64,000 bases of DNA from Vicugna vicugna (lineage: Eukaryota): positions 248,001-312,000 of the forward strand of contig MU058667.1 in assembly GCA_013265495.1 (NCBI GenBank), given 5' to 3'. Below are positions 25,546 to 38,984 of this stretch, piece after piece. Positions within the stretch are counted from its first letter, which is position 1. The number at the start of each line of letters is the position of its first letter. A model generated the notes under the pieces. The model saw only the letters and a list, made by a program, of their open reading frames with translations, was not told the origin of the DNA and made no database searches. A program made the translations under genes and the position numbers.

Positions 25546-28500
25546 GATCTGGCTGAGTGAGTGACTTAGGTGGTGGTCCGTTCCATCCTTGAGACTTGTC
25601 TGGGCCTAGTGATCAGGCCAGCTGATACTGGCCTTAGGCGAACGCGTGACGTAGGACACAGTGACTCTCCACAGCTCCGTGCCGTGCCCATCGCACTGTC
25701 AGTTCCGCTGCTCTTGTGCTCTGTCAGGTCTGCTTCTGTACCACCTTTCTGGGCCTGTCCTCTCAAATGATTCTTGATCTCATCAGACTGAGGTCCCTTG
25801 GGCCCTGTTTCTTCAACATCTGCTCTCTGTTACCGAGGTAATCTGAAAAAGGAATACACTTGATGATGCTGAGTTGCTACTCATTCCTTAATTGGTGATA
25901 GTGCCTGAATCTTTTTTTGTCCGCCGGTGATTCATGGTGATTCTGCAGGAGCCTTCCAAGATGACCAGTTGTCTATGCGCAGGTTCACACAGATTATATG
26001 TGACTACTTTATTAAAGCAAGACAATGAGGTTCTTGTCTAATATCTATTCAAAATTATTTAAATAAAAATTCAAACAAGATGTTAGAAATATTTACATGC
26101 ATTGATATGAAGTTAATAAGCTCCAGCAACTCAGAAGGAAATTAAAATATCAATGGCAGCAATTTGGAAAGTATTAATAACTAAGAATGGTCTACAGTTA
26201 CTTGGTTAGAGATCACATCTCTGTCAGAAGATTAACTGTCAATTTTATTTACATATGTATACAAAAATGAAATAATCAGGCAATAGTTTTGTGTTGAAAT
26301 TGAATTGATATAAATAAACTGCTCTGATTTTTAGTTTAGTGGTATAACAACCTAAAATAAAATGCAGATGTCACCCTGCTGTGATAGATAAAGGGAAAAA
26401 GTTTTCTTCTTGTCATTCATGCTATACTCACTACAAAATACTGAGTATATTTAATTGCAAGATTTATTTTTTGCTCAGATAAGTCTCTATGTAAAAGTCT
26501 AGCTCTAATGAAAATTTTGAAGCAGAGTAGTTACCAATATTTTAATGTTTAGCTTTCGTTTAAAACTGGTCATTTAAACTCTTTCCTTTATAAAAATGAA
26601 ATCATGCTTCCACAAATGCCAATCTATATTTTTGGCTCCCAGCTTGATTAAGATGAAGGAATGTGTACATGGGATAACCCAGACAACTGAGGCTGTGTGC
26701 ACCAGGAACCACCTGCTTTCCTCAGGGCCTTTCCTATTAAAATATTAATCAGACTGTTTGTTGTTATAGACAGAATTTCCATGTGAAAAATTTGGCGAAC
26801 ATACACACATGCCTCATTCTTGCCATACCCTGTGTTTAATACACTGAGAAAATTACATTTAGAAATACTCTTCAGAACTTTGCAGCTTGCACCCCCAATT
26901 AGTCTGGTTTATTGTTACTAATTAAATTTTGAAGACCGAGAAGGCCAAGTCATATCAGTTGCAAAGTCCTCTGGGTGTTGTGAGGACTTATTTTTGAGGC
27001 TATTACTCTGTTTCCCTCCGAATCATCTTGCCAGCGTGTGATGCCGAGCTGTCCTGCTCTGCTGACACACTGCTTGTTCATCTCATTCTAACTTAGTGGG
27101 TGGAGACAACAGTGGTATTTAGACATGGTGTTTTAGAAATATTCCAGGGAGGTTTTTGTATATGCCGTGATTGATAGAATTTTGTTTAGAGAAGTCTCTA
27201 ACTTTCTAAACTGTAAGATACCGTTAAAAATAGTCACTTGAAAAAAATCTGAGTCAAGTGAAAGAAAAATTTAAGACTGTAATTTAAATGAATGAATAAA
27301 ATGAGTTTCTTTTGTTCTTAACCACGAAATCTATGTTCCATGTGTCTGTCTGTCTGTCCAGTAACTTGCATTTTCAAGGTACTGCTTTGGAATAGAACCT
27401 GGAGTAAATATACATTTATGTTTTTGGTATTTTTAAATAAAAATTAATATATATGGATATATTCATAAAACAGTACTGGAGAAATAAGCTGTGCTACTGA
27501 AAAAGAATGTGGGACCATTATGAATGCTCTTGTGAGAAAGTTTAAGAAAACCTTTGTTCATTTCTTCCCATGCCTTTTAATGACATCTTCTGGAGAAAAA
27601 AAAATTGAGAAGAAAAAACAAAACTTATAATTCCTTTCATGACGCTTTCTATAGGAGTAGATGATTACCAGGTTGCGAACAGAATTGAGGAACTAAAATA
27701 CCCTGCGAGGATCACAGTCTTCATTCTGAGACCTCTTCATTCTCTTAGAGGCAGACGTTATAAAAAAGCAAGTAAGATGGAGAGAAAAAACAAGGTGGAG
27801 ATTTCTCTAAGTACAAACTGTCCTCAGATTTACAGGTACACTATTTTGAGTTTATTTAGAAAGTTCAGGGAATACTATCCTCTGGTAGGAAGTGTGCGTA
27901 TAAACTAGCCTGTCTCTCTATCCATCCATCCATCCATACAAACAAAATGTTGACATCAGCAGTGTAAGAGTAATGTGCTTTTAAGGGCTGAAGAGTTTGT
28001 ACAAACATTCCTAGATATTGGTGCCTGAAATTAGGATTTTGACTTTTAGACAGATACAGACTGCCTTGCCTGCATTTTAGGTCATGTGGTCCAGATGCAT
28101 CCTTAAAACTGGCTATACACCCATTTCCTGTGAGGTCTTAACCACATGCAACCAGAAGACAAAGCAGAGAAGGCTTTTTCATGGTGGAGGTGACTGTAAC
28201 CTCCGGTCTAGAAAGCTCCTCTCTTTAATCACTTTGGAATCCATAACTAATAGCTAATACTGGATGTAAACTCAGTTTTACAGCTGCACTAGGTTTTTCT
28301 CTCTCTGTATTCATAATTCATTTTTACCGTTGGAACAAGATTTGATAAGCATTTAAATTTCTTCTCATTGCCCTAGATCTATTACATACTGAACAAAGTT
28401 GACATTGGATTTAAAAAAATCAGTAGTGATTTTTTATTCTTTTATCATTTGTATCTATAAACTGTTAAAATACTTTGCGGGTATTTTGAAAAACTGTATA

Positions 28501-30057
28501 TTTCAGTATCATCGTATGGGTTAGTGATAAACTGGATACTGAATCTGTTGTGCTAACTGGGGAGGGAAAAAAGCACAGATTTCTTCAGGTTACTTAACAC
28601 AGCCAAGGGGCCTTGGTCTATTGTGTTTCCTTGATGTAAGAAGCAGGGGAGGCTCCAAAGGAAAAGTCTGGTGTGTGGAATGAGTTTGAAAGACATAAGT
28701 GAAAAGTCTTCCACAGTTTAACTGATTCCGAATTCATGCCCCCCCTCTTTTTGTAATGTCCACTTTCATTGGGCTTTAAGAATTTTTAAATACTCATTAG
28801 GAAAAAAAAATTAGTTCTGGACCTTTGCTGCCTAAAGAAGTGGTAGTCAGTGGGAACTGAGTATGCAGAGAGGAATCTGCAGCTGGATAGAAACAGTGAG
28901 AGCCAAGGCAGATATGGACGAAGCCATGCCTAATCACGGGAGGATTTTCTCCAAGGATTTTCAGAGTGAACATATGCCCCGAAACTGGCAGATGTGGGCA
29001 CAGGGTATACCATTTGGGAAAACTAAGTGACATTCCATGATATCAATACATGAGTAAAGTATACACATGCTGTCTTTAAAACAACAGTTGAGAGATTGTA
29101 TACACCCTCCTGTGCTTTGGTGATGGCTGGCTTTTTGCGAATTACGTGTTGCGGTTGATTTGGTTCTTAGTGGACACGTCACGCACGTGGAACTCAGCTG
29201 TCGTCCTTTTGTCTGTGCTTTGGTGAAGCAGGGAGTGAGTGCTGTCTTACAGGCCACCTTAGTTAGGATTACAACAACCCTCACCCTACTGGTCTTCCTT
29301 ACCTTCATCATGTGACAAAAATCTGAACTGCCATATTGCCGTGTGCTGTCTGTATGTGGCCCTGCTGTGACCTCTCTGGAAGCTCTTATTTATTTATTTT
29401 TGTAATGTCTCTGAGGGAAAAACATGGTATCACGCCAAACCTGGTTCTTATTTGAAGTTAATGGGAATACCACCCTCTGGCTGAAAATAACTGACTACAA
29501 ATTGTCTACTTATAATAATGAGGTTTCACTTAGGCCACCCGTCTACTTTGCCTTGCTGAAAACACAATATTTTTTCAGCTTTAACTTTGCAGTGAGTCCA
29601 TATAAAGCCTTTCTTGATCTTCCATGTGCTGAGTGACTCGTGAGGCGTTTTTTGTTTTGTTTTTCTGAATTGAAACGGTAACATGTTTGGCAGCATTAGA
29701 ATAAAGAATGGTCCCTTGCACAGTTCTGTAAACGTATTGGAAAACTGGCTCATGCAGCCTTTTTTCCTCATTATTATGTAAACATGTAAGGTTTTTAGTT
29801 TTTGCTTGTAATATTTAGATTACTTACTTTGGAAACTTAAAAAATGTTTCTTAGATCTGTTTTTCTTTACTAGAATATTTTATAGATATTTTGAGGATTA
29901 TGGAATTTTTTTGTCACCTTCACTTGTCTTAAATCTGATTCATTATGTAAATAGCTATTTAACACAGGGACTATATCTTAACTACTATTTTATCTGCTGT
30001 GCATGAAAAGATGTTTCGTAATTAAGCTGAATGAAAGTTATAAAAGCTGTCATTCTT

Positions 30058-30333
30058 TAAGGGGAGTTTTTTTTTAACATTTTTTATTGAGTTATAGTCA
30101 TTTTACAATGTTGTGTCAAATTCTAGTGTAGAGCACAATTTTTCAGTTATACATGAACATACATATATTCATTGTCACATTCTTTCATAGTTATACATGA
30201 ACATACATATATTCATTGTCACATTCTTTCTCGCTGTGAGCTACCACAAGATCGTGTATATACTTCCCTGTGCTATACAGTATAATCTTGTTTATCTATT
30301 CTACATACGCCTATCAGTATAAGGGGAGTCTTT
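30058..30333 (-). mobile_element. Young camelid-type L1 3' end with TSD and an internal 42-bp duplication
   Basis: TSD taaggggagt at 30058-30067 and 30320-30329 (extendable with one mismatch); poly-T; tttattgagttatagtcattttacaatgttgtgtcaaatt..ccctgtgctatacagt; target TTT/AAAG on - strand. Confidence 0.9.
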
Positions 30334-30349
30334 AAAGAAATCCTTGAGA

Positions 30350-30590
30350 GAATTCCGTGGCAGCTCATGGGCTTTGGAATCACACCTGGATGCCAAACCT
30401 GGCTCAGTTCCATCGCTGTGTCTCTCAAAACCTCTTCTCTGAACTGGGGATAACAACCCCTACACTAGAAGGCTGTTTAGGGGCCTGTGTACAGTGATGT
30501 ATGTCAGGCACTTAATGCAGCATGTGACGTATACCGAGGATTCAGTAATGTCAGCAAGTGGAGCTATTGTTACACTGTTAACTTTAATTA
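30350..30590 (+). mobile_element. MIR (degenerate)
   Basis: gggctttggaatcacacctgg..ctggggataacaac..gcacttaatgcag..tcagtaatgtcagc. Confidence 0.6.
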
Positions 30591-30732
30591 TTACCGTATT
30601 GAGCTCTGAAATATTTCCCCTCACTCCCCTTCTGTTTAAACGACAGACACTGGTTGTATATAGAGCATGAGGGAATTATTCCTACCTCAGAAGCACAGTA
30701 GCCGCTAAATCAATGTTACTAAGAATTCTCTA

Positions 30733-30975
30733 GAGGCAGACGAGTATAATTGAAAGCCTTGAATTTGAAATCAGATAACTGGAGCGGAGTCTTAGTTCAG
30801 CCACTTAAATATTCTGTGATTTTAGGTGAACAGCTTATTTTCTGAGTCCAGTTACCTCATTTTTGAAATGGGAGTGATAAAAACCTACCTTGAAGAGCTA
30901 TTGGTAGGATTAGAAGTAAAGTTTTAAAAATGTCTTACACAGTGCCTGGCACTGTCAATCAGTAGTAGTTTATTA
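30733..30975 (+). mobile_element. MIR
   Basis: ttgaaatcaga..gccactta..ctgtgattttagg..cagttacctcatttttgaaatggg..acctacct..cacagtgcctggcac. Confidence 0.85.
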
Positions 30976-31019
30976 CCTAGTTTTTTCCCTCTACTTTCCT
31001 CTTTCTCCATGTTCTCTGG

Positions 31020-31050
31020 TTCTTTCTTTCTTTCTTTCTTTCTTTTTTTT
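31020..31050. repeat. (TTTC)n microsatellite
   Basis: Directly visible. Confidence 0.85.
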
Positions 31051-32024
31051 GACTCTACTTTTACCAGATTTCCATCTTTAAACTGTCCTATGGCTTCTTT
31101 CAGCTCTTTACTCTTCCTCTTCGTGTTTATTTCCTTTCTTGTTTGTTTTTAGTTGCATTTTTAATGACTTTTAATGACCAGCTAATTGATCCTAAAATAG
31201 AGAAATGGGTATGAGAAAGAAGACAAGCAGCTGTGTATCTTTGATAACTTTTAAATACAAGCCATCGGCCAACCATTACTTGCAATAACCTGCATTTCCT
31301 TTGCATGATATAATGATAGAGATGTAAATAAAGTGCTGTGGGTATTCGGTGATCATGTTGAGCTGGTTTTTATAGTTCCAGTTCAGTGAATATACTTCTA
31401 GTGAGAATTTTATCCAGTGAATGAATTCTCATCTTGGTTTTTATCTGACCATTAAATTTCCTTTTAAAATTTCAATAAAGACTGAATTCTTTTCATATGT
31501 CAACCCTTATCTGTAATCCTTTAAATAGTGAGTTGTAATTGCGAGCTGTTTATGGTTTTCAAGTTTGCCAGCAGAATTAAAATTGTGTTGTAATAAGAAT
31601 TGTAACTTCCAGGTTGTATATGTTACTACATACTGAAATTTTTTGTGGTTATATACTTCAAATTATTTCACTTTTATAGAAGACAAAATACAACTTACTT
31701 CCTTACCATAAAAGGACAGGACTTTGTATAGGCTGTACTTCCCAGCCACTATTTAACATACTGTTTCTACAACTGGAAAATTTCAAGGTTAATATCTTGC
31801 CAGACTTTGTTTGCTGACCTTGAAGTTATAAATCAAGAACGGTGAGCAGGACAAGGAAGAGACTAGGTGCAAGTTTTTGGCGTACTTAATGTAATTTCCC
31901 ACACTCCTTTCAGTCAGAGCAAATGCTTTCATTTGCTTAGTGGTTACAAACATTGAGATTTGTCTCATATATTAGCAACAGTTTGTTTTGAAATATTTTT
32001 GTTGTACACTGAAAAAAATTGACT

Positions 32025-32160
32025 CATGGAATCACAGAATTTTGGAGTTCTGAAGGATCCTAGAGATTAACTTCTCTGAAAGATGAAAAAAATTAAGGCT
32101 TAAAGAATAGAAGTGATTTGATCAAGTGCATAGTCTTAATCTGGAGACCCAAGTCTTCTT
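32025..32160 (-). mobile_element. MIR3/MIRc-like SINE
   Basis: aatcacagaattttggag..gaaggatcctagagat..agatgaaaaaaattaaggct..aagtgatttg. Confidence 0.6.
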
Positions 32161-34029
32161 CCTTACTTATAGACTGGCATATGTGGTCCTAAATTCCCTG
32201 TAAGGTGTTTTGTACTTTTCCTGTATTTATTTTGTCAAGTGAGGAAAACTTAAAAAAAAAATTGGTAAGCAGAACTGCTTTTCCAAAACAAAGGGACAGA
32301 TTAAAAAGATGTACTATATATTATGTAAGATTATATAAGGATTTTTAAAAATTATAAAGCAATTCATAGCTATTTAACTTGAGAATCACACTGCTTAAAA
32401 CTATGCATTATTTAAAGCAAATTAATATAATGATAAGATCTGTTGTGTGTTCAAAGCAAAATTATGTACATTGCAAATTGTGGTAACTTACTCATCCAAT
32501 AAGAATGGTTTCCCAAAGAGGCCATGTGTTGTTACATGTTTTCATAAAAGTCGAAAATGCTATTTGAGTCTAAAGTTCAGCCTTTGCAAAGTGTATGAAT
32601 GGGAGTACTATTTAGTTTTTTGAAAGATGGTTGCTATAAATAGAAACTAACATTATCAAAACCTCATGTAGTATATCAAGAAGCTGTCCATGTGTGGAAT
32701 TGGGCAAGGTAGAGATTGCCCTTATTCGTGTTTGAAGTAATTTCTGGTATACAGACAACCAACAAAGCTTTGACTAAATATACTGAATAATTAAAATAAT
32801 AATATAATCAGTTGTTTTGGTGAGTACCTCTTGGAGGGTGAAGTGTAAATATTCTATCCTGGCATATTGTATTGGGATGATTCATTAATATGTCTGCATT
32901 TCCACTAGACTGACCTCATAAGGGCAACAAGAATCAATATTATATAGTTTTGTATTCCCTAGTACCCTGGCAATATTGCAAGAACCTGAAATAAAGATGG
33001 AAATGCAGGTGAGAATTTGTGGTTCCTTGTCTGTTACGTTGCACTGGGACATCACACGAGCTCCTAATGGTCTGGCTCTTCCCTCTGCCTCTCTCTCCTT
33101 TTGACTTGCTCAGTCACAAAGTGTTACAAACACAGAGATACCAGATCAGTTTTTGTGAATGGGTGGTTGGATACATGGCTAAAATATGGATGAAGTACTC
33201 ATGGGGCAAGGAGAAATATATTGCTTCTTTTCCAGAGACAAGGTTTCAGTATTTATTTGTGTAACGAGAGGAAAGGGGCTCCGTGAATATGGGAGAAAAC
33301 AGTCCTCATGAGTAACAAAGGCCAGGCAGCAAAAAAAGCATCGTTGTCTTTGGACACGTCCGAGCAGGAGTGGTCAAAGGCGCTGAGCAGGGCTAAAGAA
33401 CATTTAACTGAGTATGTTAAAGAAAAGCAGCAGATTTCTGCTGTAGGAAGTTGTTAAATGCACCATCTGTTTCGGTCTCCAGTAGACTTTAAAATGACTT
33501 CAGGATATGTGTTTTAACCATTTTGAGACTTAAATAGTAAAAACAGCCTTCTTTACCAGGCTGTATTCGTATTTTTTACATTTCTGGTTATTTTTAGGTT
33601 TCTAAACTATTCATATATTGTGATATTGTTTCTTTGTTAGAGCCTTGAGAGGGGTAGCTTTCATATAATCCTACATGACATAGTGCTGACAGCCATAGTA
33701 GGGTTTTTCCCTGAAAGTTTTGTAAGCTTTGTAACAGGAAGCCGTGTATTGTAAATCTATCACTTCCTGAAAAGTCATTCCAGAGAAAACAGTGTTTTTC
33801 AGATGAATGAACTTTACCATCACATTATTTGTTATACTTTCTGTACACTCTTGGCTTAAAGTGTTCTTTTGGTTTAGTACATTATGTGTTTTCCTTTATG
33901 TGATTACTTTTATTTAACCCACTTATATTCTTGGTGCAAATAGATAATAATGAAATTAATTTTATGTTTTCATATAAGTATATTCAGTTCCAAAAATAAA
34001 TTGGTTTCTAAAAGATCCACGATCCACAA

Positions 34030-34645
34030 ATAGGCAGAGGATGTGAAAAAGCAATTAAAACAACTGACCAAGAAAATAAACAAAAAGATTTATAAACCTG
34101 TTCAGCTCAGTTTCGCTCATAAGAAGAATGCAGCTATAACATGAAATACCATTTCTTTCATTCATCAGATTGACAAGGATAAAACACAGTTTTTGTGGAT
34201 ATAGGGAAATAGCTCATGTAAGGATTTGGCTACTTTGATATATTGTTGATGGGAGTGTGTCAAAATTAAAAATGGACCCATCCCTTGAAACAGTAAATTC
34301 AGTTCTAAGAATTTACCTCTAGAGATAATAGTATACAGGTTTACAAAGTATACTTTGGTTTCCAATATATTTTGCATCCACTCTATTCATAGACTTTAAA
34401 TAAACTTCAGCATTTCCATGTGTGTTTGTGTGTATGTGTGTATGTGTGTAAAATTTAAAAGAAAAGTATAAAACAATATCTTTTTTTAGGCATGTAGCTA
34501 TGTATAAATGAACACACACACAGTTCTACACAGACAGGATACCAGAGATCTGGAATAGAAGGGAACTTTCATTTCATTGTATTTTTGTCTTTCAGTTTGA
34601 ATTTTTGTTTTTATCATGTACATATATTACTTTGTAAAAAAAAAT
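34030..34645 (+). mobile_element. Old L1 3' region (L1ME-like)
   Basis: atgaaataccatt..catcagattgacaa..tcaaaattaaaaatg..aattcagttctaagaattta..catgtacatatattactttgt followed by an A-tail. Confidence 0.65.
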
Positions 34646-34647
34646 CA

Positions 34648-34935
34648 GTTTTAAGTGCTCTTGAGATGTAATTTACATGCTATAAAATTTACCAAAGTGT
34701 CAATTCCATAGGTGTTTTTAGTATATTTACAAAGTTGTGTACCTATCCATACAATCTAATTTTGGAACATTCTCATCACCCTCAGAAGAAACCTGTGCCA
34801 TGAGCAAACTATTACCCCTTTACTCTGCTAACTCTGGACATCCATTCTACTTCAAGTAAGGAGACTTGTCTAATTCTGGAATTTCATATACATGATATTA
34901 TACAGCACATGGTCTTTTGTAACTGGCTTCTTAAG
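34648..34935 (-). mobile_element. L1MB-like 3' end
   Basis: ttgagatgtaatttacat..tttttagtatatttacaaagttgtg..aatctaattttggaacatt..tcttttgtaactggcttctt. Confidence 0.8.
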
Positions 34936-35024
34936 TGAAAGTGACAATTTCAAATTTGCATATCTTATTTAGGTATATTGTGCAATGGTGAAATGGAAGG
35001 GAATTACAGAGAAATTATTTCTTG

Positions 35025-35160
35025 TCAGTAGTTACCATTTCTTGAGCATCTATGATGTACTAGTCACTCTGTTAGGCTTTATGTATGTTATCTCATTTAA
35101 TCTTTTCACTACATGTAATAGATAATATTGTATTGTTTCTACAAATGAGTAAATTGCGAT
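35025..35160 (-). mobile_element. MIR fragment
   Basis: ttaccatttcttgagcatcta..ttatctcatttaatctt..acaaatgagtaaattg. Confidence 0.65.
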
Positions 35161-35299
35161 ATTATTTTTTATGTTGATTTAGACATACAAGTATAAAGTA
35201 TAAAAATAAATGTGTGCAAATGCATACTTTACTGCCAAAGTTAGAATAAGTTAAGTGCTACATAACATTATCATGATGCACAGTGAAAATGTTATGCAC

Positions 35300-35470
35300 T
35301 AGCCAGACAGGTCTAATAGAACTTTTTGTACTTACGGAGATACTCTGTATCTGCTTGTCCATTATAGTATCCACTGCCAAATGGGGGCCACTGATTACAT
35401 AAACTATGGCTAGTTGGATGAGGAGTTGAATTTAATATTATTTTATTTTAGTTAAATTTAAATAACCACT
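35300..35470 (+). mobile_element. MER3-like hAT-Charlie DNA element
   Basis: gtctaatagaactttt..ctgtatctgc..tgtcca..tggctagt..gaggagttgaatttaa..aatttaaataaccac. Confidence 0.65.
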
Positions 35471-35471
35471 C

Positions 35472-38400
35472 TCTGCTTCTGGCCATGATATAATAACAGT
35501 AATCCTTACCCTTCCTATTGAAACAACCAAAATGTGGAGAAAACACATGAAATAATGATTTTATAATCCTAGATATCAGGCACTGAAGGGCAAAGATCCC
35601 TAAGAATTGGGAAACAGATGAAATGAGCCTAAAACTATGCTAGCTTACTGCTTTGAGGGAGTTTCCAGGCATGGATCAAAGAGGAGGCATTCAGACAAAG
35701 TCTCGAGTAGACTTTCTCACTTGAAGAAACAGAGTGGAGAATGAGAGACCATGCTGGATGGAGTTCACTGAAGCCCGGAGAAGAAAGTTTTCAGTTTAGT
35801 ACTGATTAGGGCACGTACATGAGGAAAATACCCCAGGTCAAAGAAAGAATGACCTGAAAGGATTGGAAGTACTTAACTGAGTGCGTGGCACTCAGATAGC
35901 AGCAGGAATAGTGTCTGTTCCTATCAGCCAGACTGGAAAATCTCAAGATTAATGTGGCATTGGGTAGCGTATACATATCTTATCTCAGCAATGGGGGATA
36001 ATTAGCCCTAAACTGAGCACGATTCCATTCCCTCCTAAAATATTTTGAAAGCAGGTCCTTAAAGGATCACTGTTTCCAAATTTAAGGGAATATGAAAATA
36101 TCTAATGTCCACCAAGCTAAATTTCACATTGTCTGATACCCAATAAGAATTACCAGGCATGCAACAAGAAACAAAATTTGACCCATAATGAAGAGATTAT
36201 CAGTCAATTAATGCCAAACCCAAACTGACAAAGCTGTTAAAGTTAGCAGGCAAGGACATTAAAAAGAGTTGTTGTAAGTGAATTCTGTAGTTTCAGAAGA
36301 ATTAGAGACATGGAAAACAGGGGGAAAGAATCTATATCAAGTTTCTAGTGATGATAATTACAGTCTGCAAGGTGAAAATTTACTGGGTGGCATTAATGGC
36401 TTATTATACATTGCAGAAGAAAATATTAGTGAACTTGAAGACATAACAATAGAAATGAGCCAAAATGAAGCATGGAAAGTAAAGAGATTTTTTTTTTTTA
36501 ATGTTGCTGCTCTATGTTTGCTCTGTTGTTGTTGTTGTTGTTTTTATGAGGGGGGGGTAATAAGGTTTATTTATTTCTATTTGGGGGAGGTACTGGGGAA
36601 TGAAACCAGGACCTCGTGCATGCTAAGCATGCGCTCTACCACTTGAGCTATAGCCTCCCTGCTCCAAGAGATTTTTTTTTTTTTTACAAAATGAAGAGCA
36701 TTAGTGAGTTGTGGGAAACCTTCAGGTGACGTACTGTGTATTAATTGGAATTCCCAAAGGCGAAGGGAAGAGAGAAGAAAATATATTTGATGTAATTATA
36801 GTTGAAAAGTTTTTTAATTTGATGCAAACCATAAACCCACAGATCTAAGAAACTTAATGAAACCACAGTACAAGAAACGTGAATAAGACTACTCTAAGGC
36901 CCATCACAATCAAGTTGTAAGAAGATAACTAAAGTGACACTGAGCCAGCTGCTGAAATAAAATGATCCATCAATCTAGCAATTGATACCAGCAAGAATAT
37001 CTTTCAAAACAAAGGTCAAAATTTTTTTAGGCCTACATTTTCAAGAAAAAAATGTTTAAAATACAGTGGTTTCATATGGTTGACAACAATAGCACAAAGA
37101 TCTGGAAGGGAGAAATAGAAGTGTGTTATTATAAGATTCCATATTTATATATATATGTTAAGTGATATAGTATCACTTGAATAGAGACTGTCAATTTAAG
37201 GATGTCTACTATACTCTAAACAAAGAAGCCAACAAAAGAGAGAAAATGGAATCATAAAAAATAGTGAGTCAATTAGAAGAAAGGAAGAAAGAAGAAACAA
37301 ATAAGCAACCATAGAAAAATAAACAGCAAAATGATAGATTTAATTCTCAACTCACCAATAATCATGTTAAATGTAGACAATCTAAATATGCCAATAAAGA
37401 GGTGGAGATTTTCAGATAGGATAAAAAAGTAGAAACAACAGTACATTGCCTACAGGCAATGAACTTCAAATATAAAGACCCAATCAGTTAAAAATAAAAG
37501 AGTGGAAAAGTAACAGTAATCAAAAGAAAGCGGGAGTTACTTAGTATCAGATAAAATAGATTTCAGAGCAAAGAATATCATCAGAGATGAAAAAGATAAT
37601 CTCATCGTAAAGTAGACATAATTCTAAATGTTTATTTTTATGTCTCTAGTAACAGCTTCAAAATATACCAAGGAAAAACTGATGGAACTGCAAGGAGAGA
37701 TTGTGAAGACAACTCCACAGTCACAACAGGATATTCTGATACTTTCTCTTAATAATTGAACAGGTAGACAAAAAGTCAGTAAGGATTTAGAAGATTGGAA
37801 CAACACTGTCAGCCAGCTTGACTCAACTGATATTTGTATATCCCTCTGCCCAGCAACAGTAGAATTCACATTCTTTGAAAATGCATACGGGACATTTACC
37901 AAATGTGGAAAATAAAATAAGTTTTGAAAAATTTAGAAGTAATCAAATCATAAAAAGTATTTTCTGACCATAATAGAATTAAATAAGAGGTTGGTAAAAA
38001 CAGAAAGGTAACTGAAAATCCCCAAATATTTGGAAACCAAATAGCACACTTCTATGGAGCCGTGGATCGTAGAAGTGAGCAAAAGCAAAATTAGAAGGTT
38101 TTTTGAATGGAGCAGAAATGAATTACCAACTTTATTAAAATTAGTAGGATACACTGGATCTTAGGGGGAAATTTATAGCATTATATACCTATATTGAAAA
38201 AAAAACTTAAATCAGTGGTGTAAATTTCTACTGTTAAGAAACCGGAAAAATAAAACCAGAGCAAACAGAAAAAGAGGAGTCAATAAAGATTAAATTGAAA
38301 TCAATGACCTGTGGAAAACAAAAAAGATAGATTAAATCAATTAAACAAAAGCTCATTTCTTGATAAAATCAATGCAATTAATAAATCTATACTCAGGCTG

Positions 38401-38490
38401 ATCAAGAGAATAAAAAACAACCAGTATTGAGAATGAGAGGTTACATCACTACAGATTATATTAAAATGATAATAAAGGAATGCTATTAAG
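35472..38490 (+). mobile_element. About 3-kb old L1 (L1MC/MD-type 5' UTR, ORF1 remnant, start of ORF2 endonuclease), sense to TMEM135, decayed
   Basis: 5' UTR-like cttctggccatgat..agatccctaaga..gagtttccaggc; ORF1-like coiled-coil remnant (GINGLLYIAEENISELEDITIEMSQNE); endonuclease-region motifs (tcagataaaatagatttcagagcaa, aacagcttcaaaata, cagcaacagtagaattcacattctt, ttctgaccataatagaattaaa). Many stops and frameshifts. Confidence 0.85.
36488..36665 (-). mobile_element. tRNA-Ala(AGC)-derived camelid SINE (vic-1-like) inserted in the old L1
   Basis: Reverse strand gggaggctatagctcaagtggtagagcgcatgcttagcatgcacgaggtcctggtttcattccccagtacctcc, then aaataaataaacct..attacccc and an A-rich tail; TSD aagagattttt at 36482 and 36666. 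Confidence 0.9.
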
Positions 38491-38679
38491 AACTAATAGC
38501 CACATATGAAAGGTAGCTACAGAATTGGACTGTGGAGCAGTATTTTGTAAACTCCTTGAGGGTTAGGATTGTATTTAAATGTCTTCTGTGTAGAGCAGAT
38601 ACAGAGTAATCACTTGACCAATATATTTTTAAGAGGAAATGCAACATACAACATACAACTAGCAGGGTGGTGATAGACG

Positions 38680-38765
38680 TATCACTTACCTTTAAGGATC
38701 TCAGTTTCCTAATATGAAAAAATGTACTATCTGAAGGTCCTTTTAGCTCTAAAATTCTATAATTT
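38680..38765 (+). mobile_element. MIR3/MIRc-like fragment
   Basis: ctcagtttcctaatatgaaaaaatg..tctgaaggtccttttagctctaaaattctat. Confidence 0.7.
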
Positions 38766-38984
38766 GAAACACAGAGAAAATATTCTTTATTACTTAACTG
38801 CAGATTTACATTTATTTGGAAAAGCACTTTGTTGAAGTTACAGTGTTTAACAAAGTAGCACAATTGATTAAAGAAGACCTTTGAAAACAGTGTATTACTA
38901 AAAATGATATCCTTTCTTTAGCATCTTTAACATAATATTGAACATCTTTCTTAATAAAATTCATAATTTTTCCAGGGATTCTGT

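Noticed and set aside
36278..36646. 122-aa ORF with a poly-Cys stretch
   Set aside because: Chimera of a decayed L1 ORF1 remnant and the antisense SINE tail; the cysteines come from a (TGT)n microsatellite.
36586..36659. tRNA-Ala(AGC) gene (also 54442-54515)
   Set aside because: Has a SINE body, A-rich tail and TSD, with mismatched stems and a damaged A or B box; these are SINE heads, not tRNA genes.
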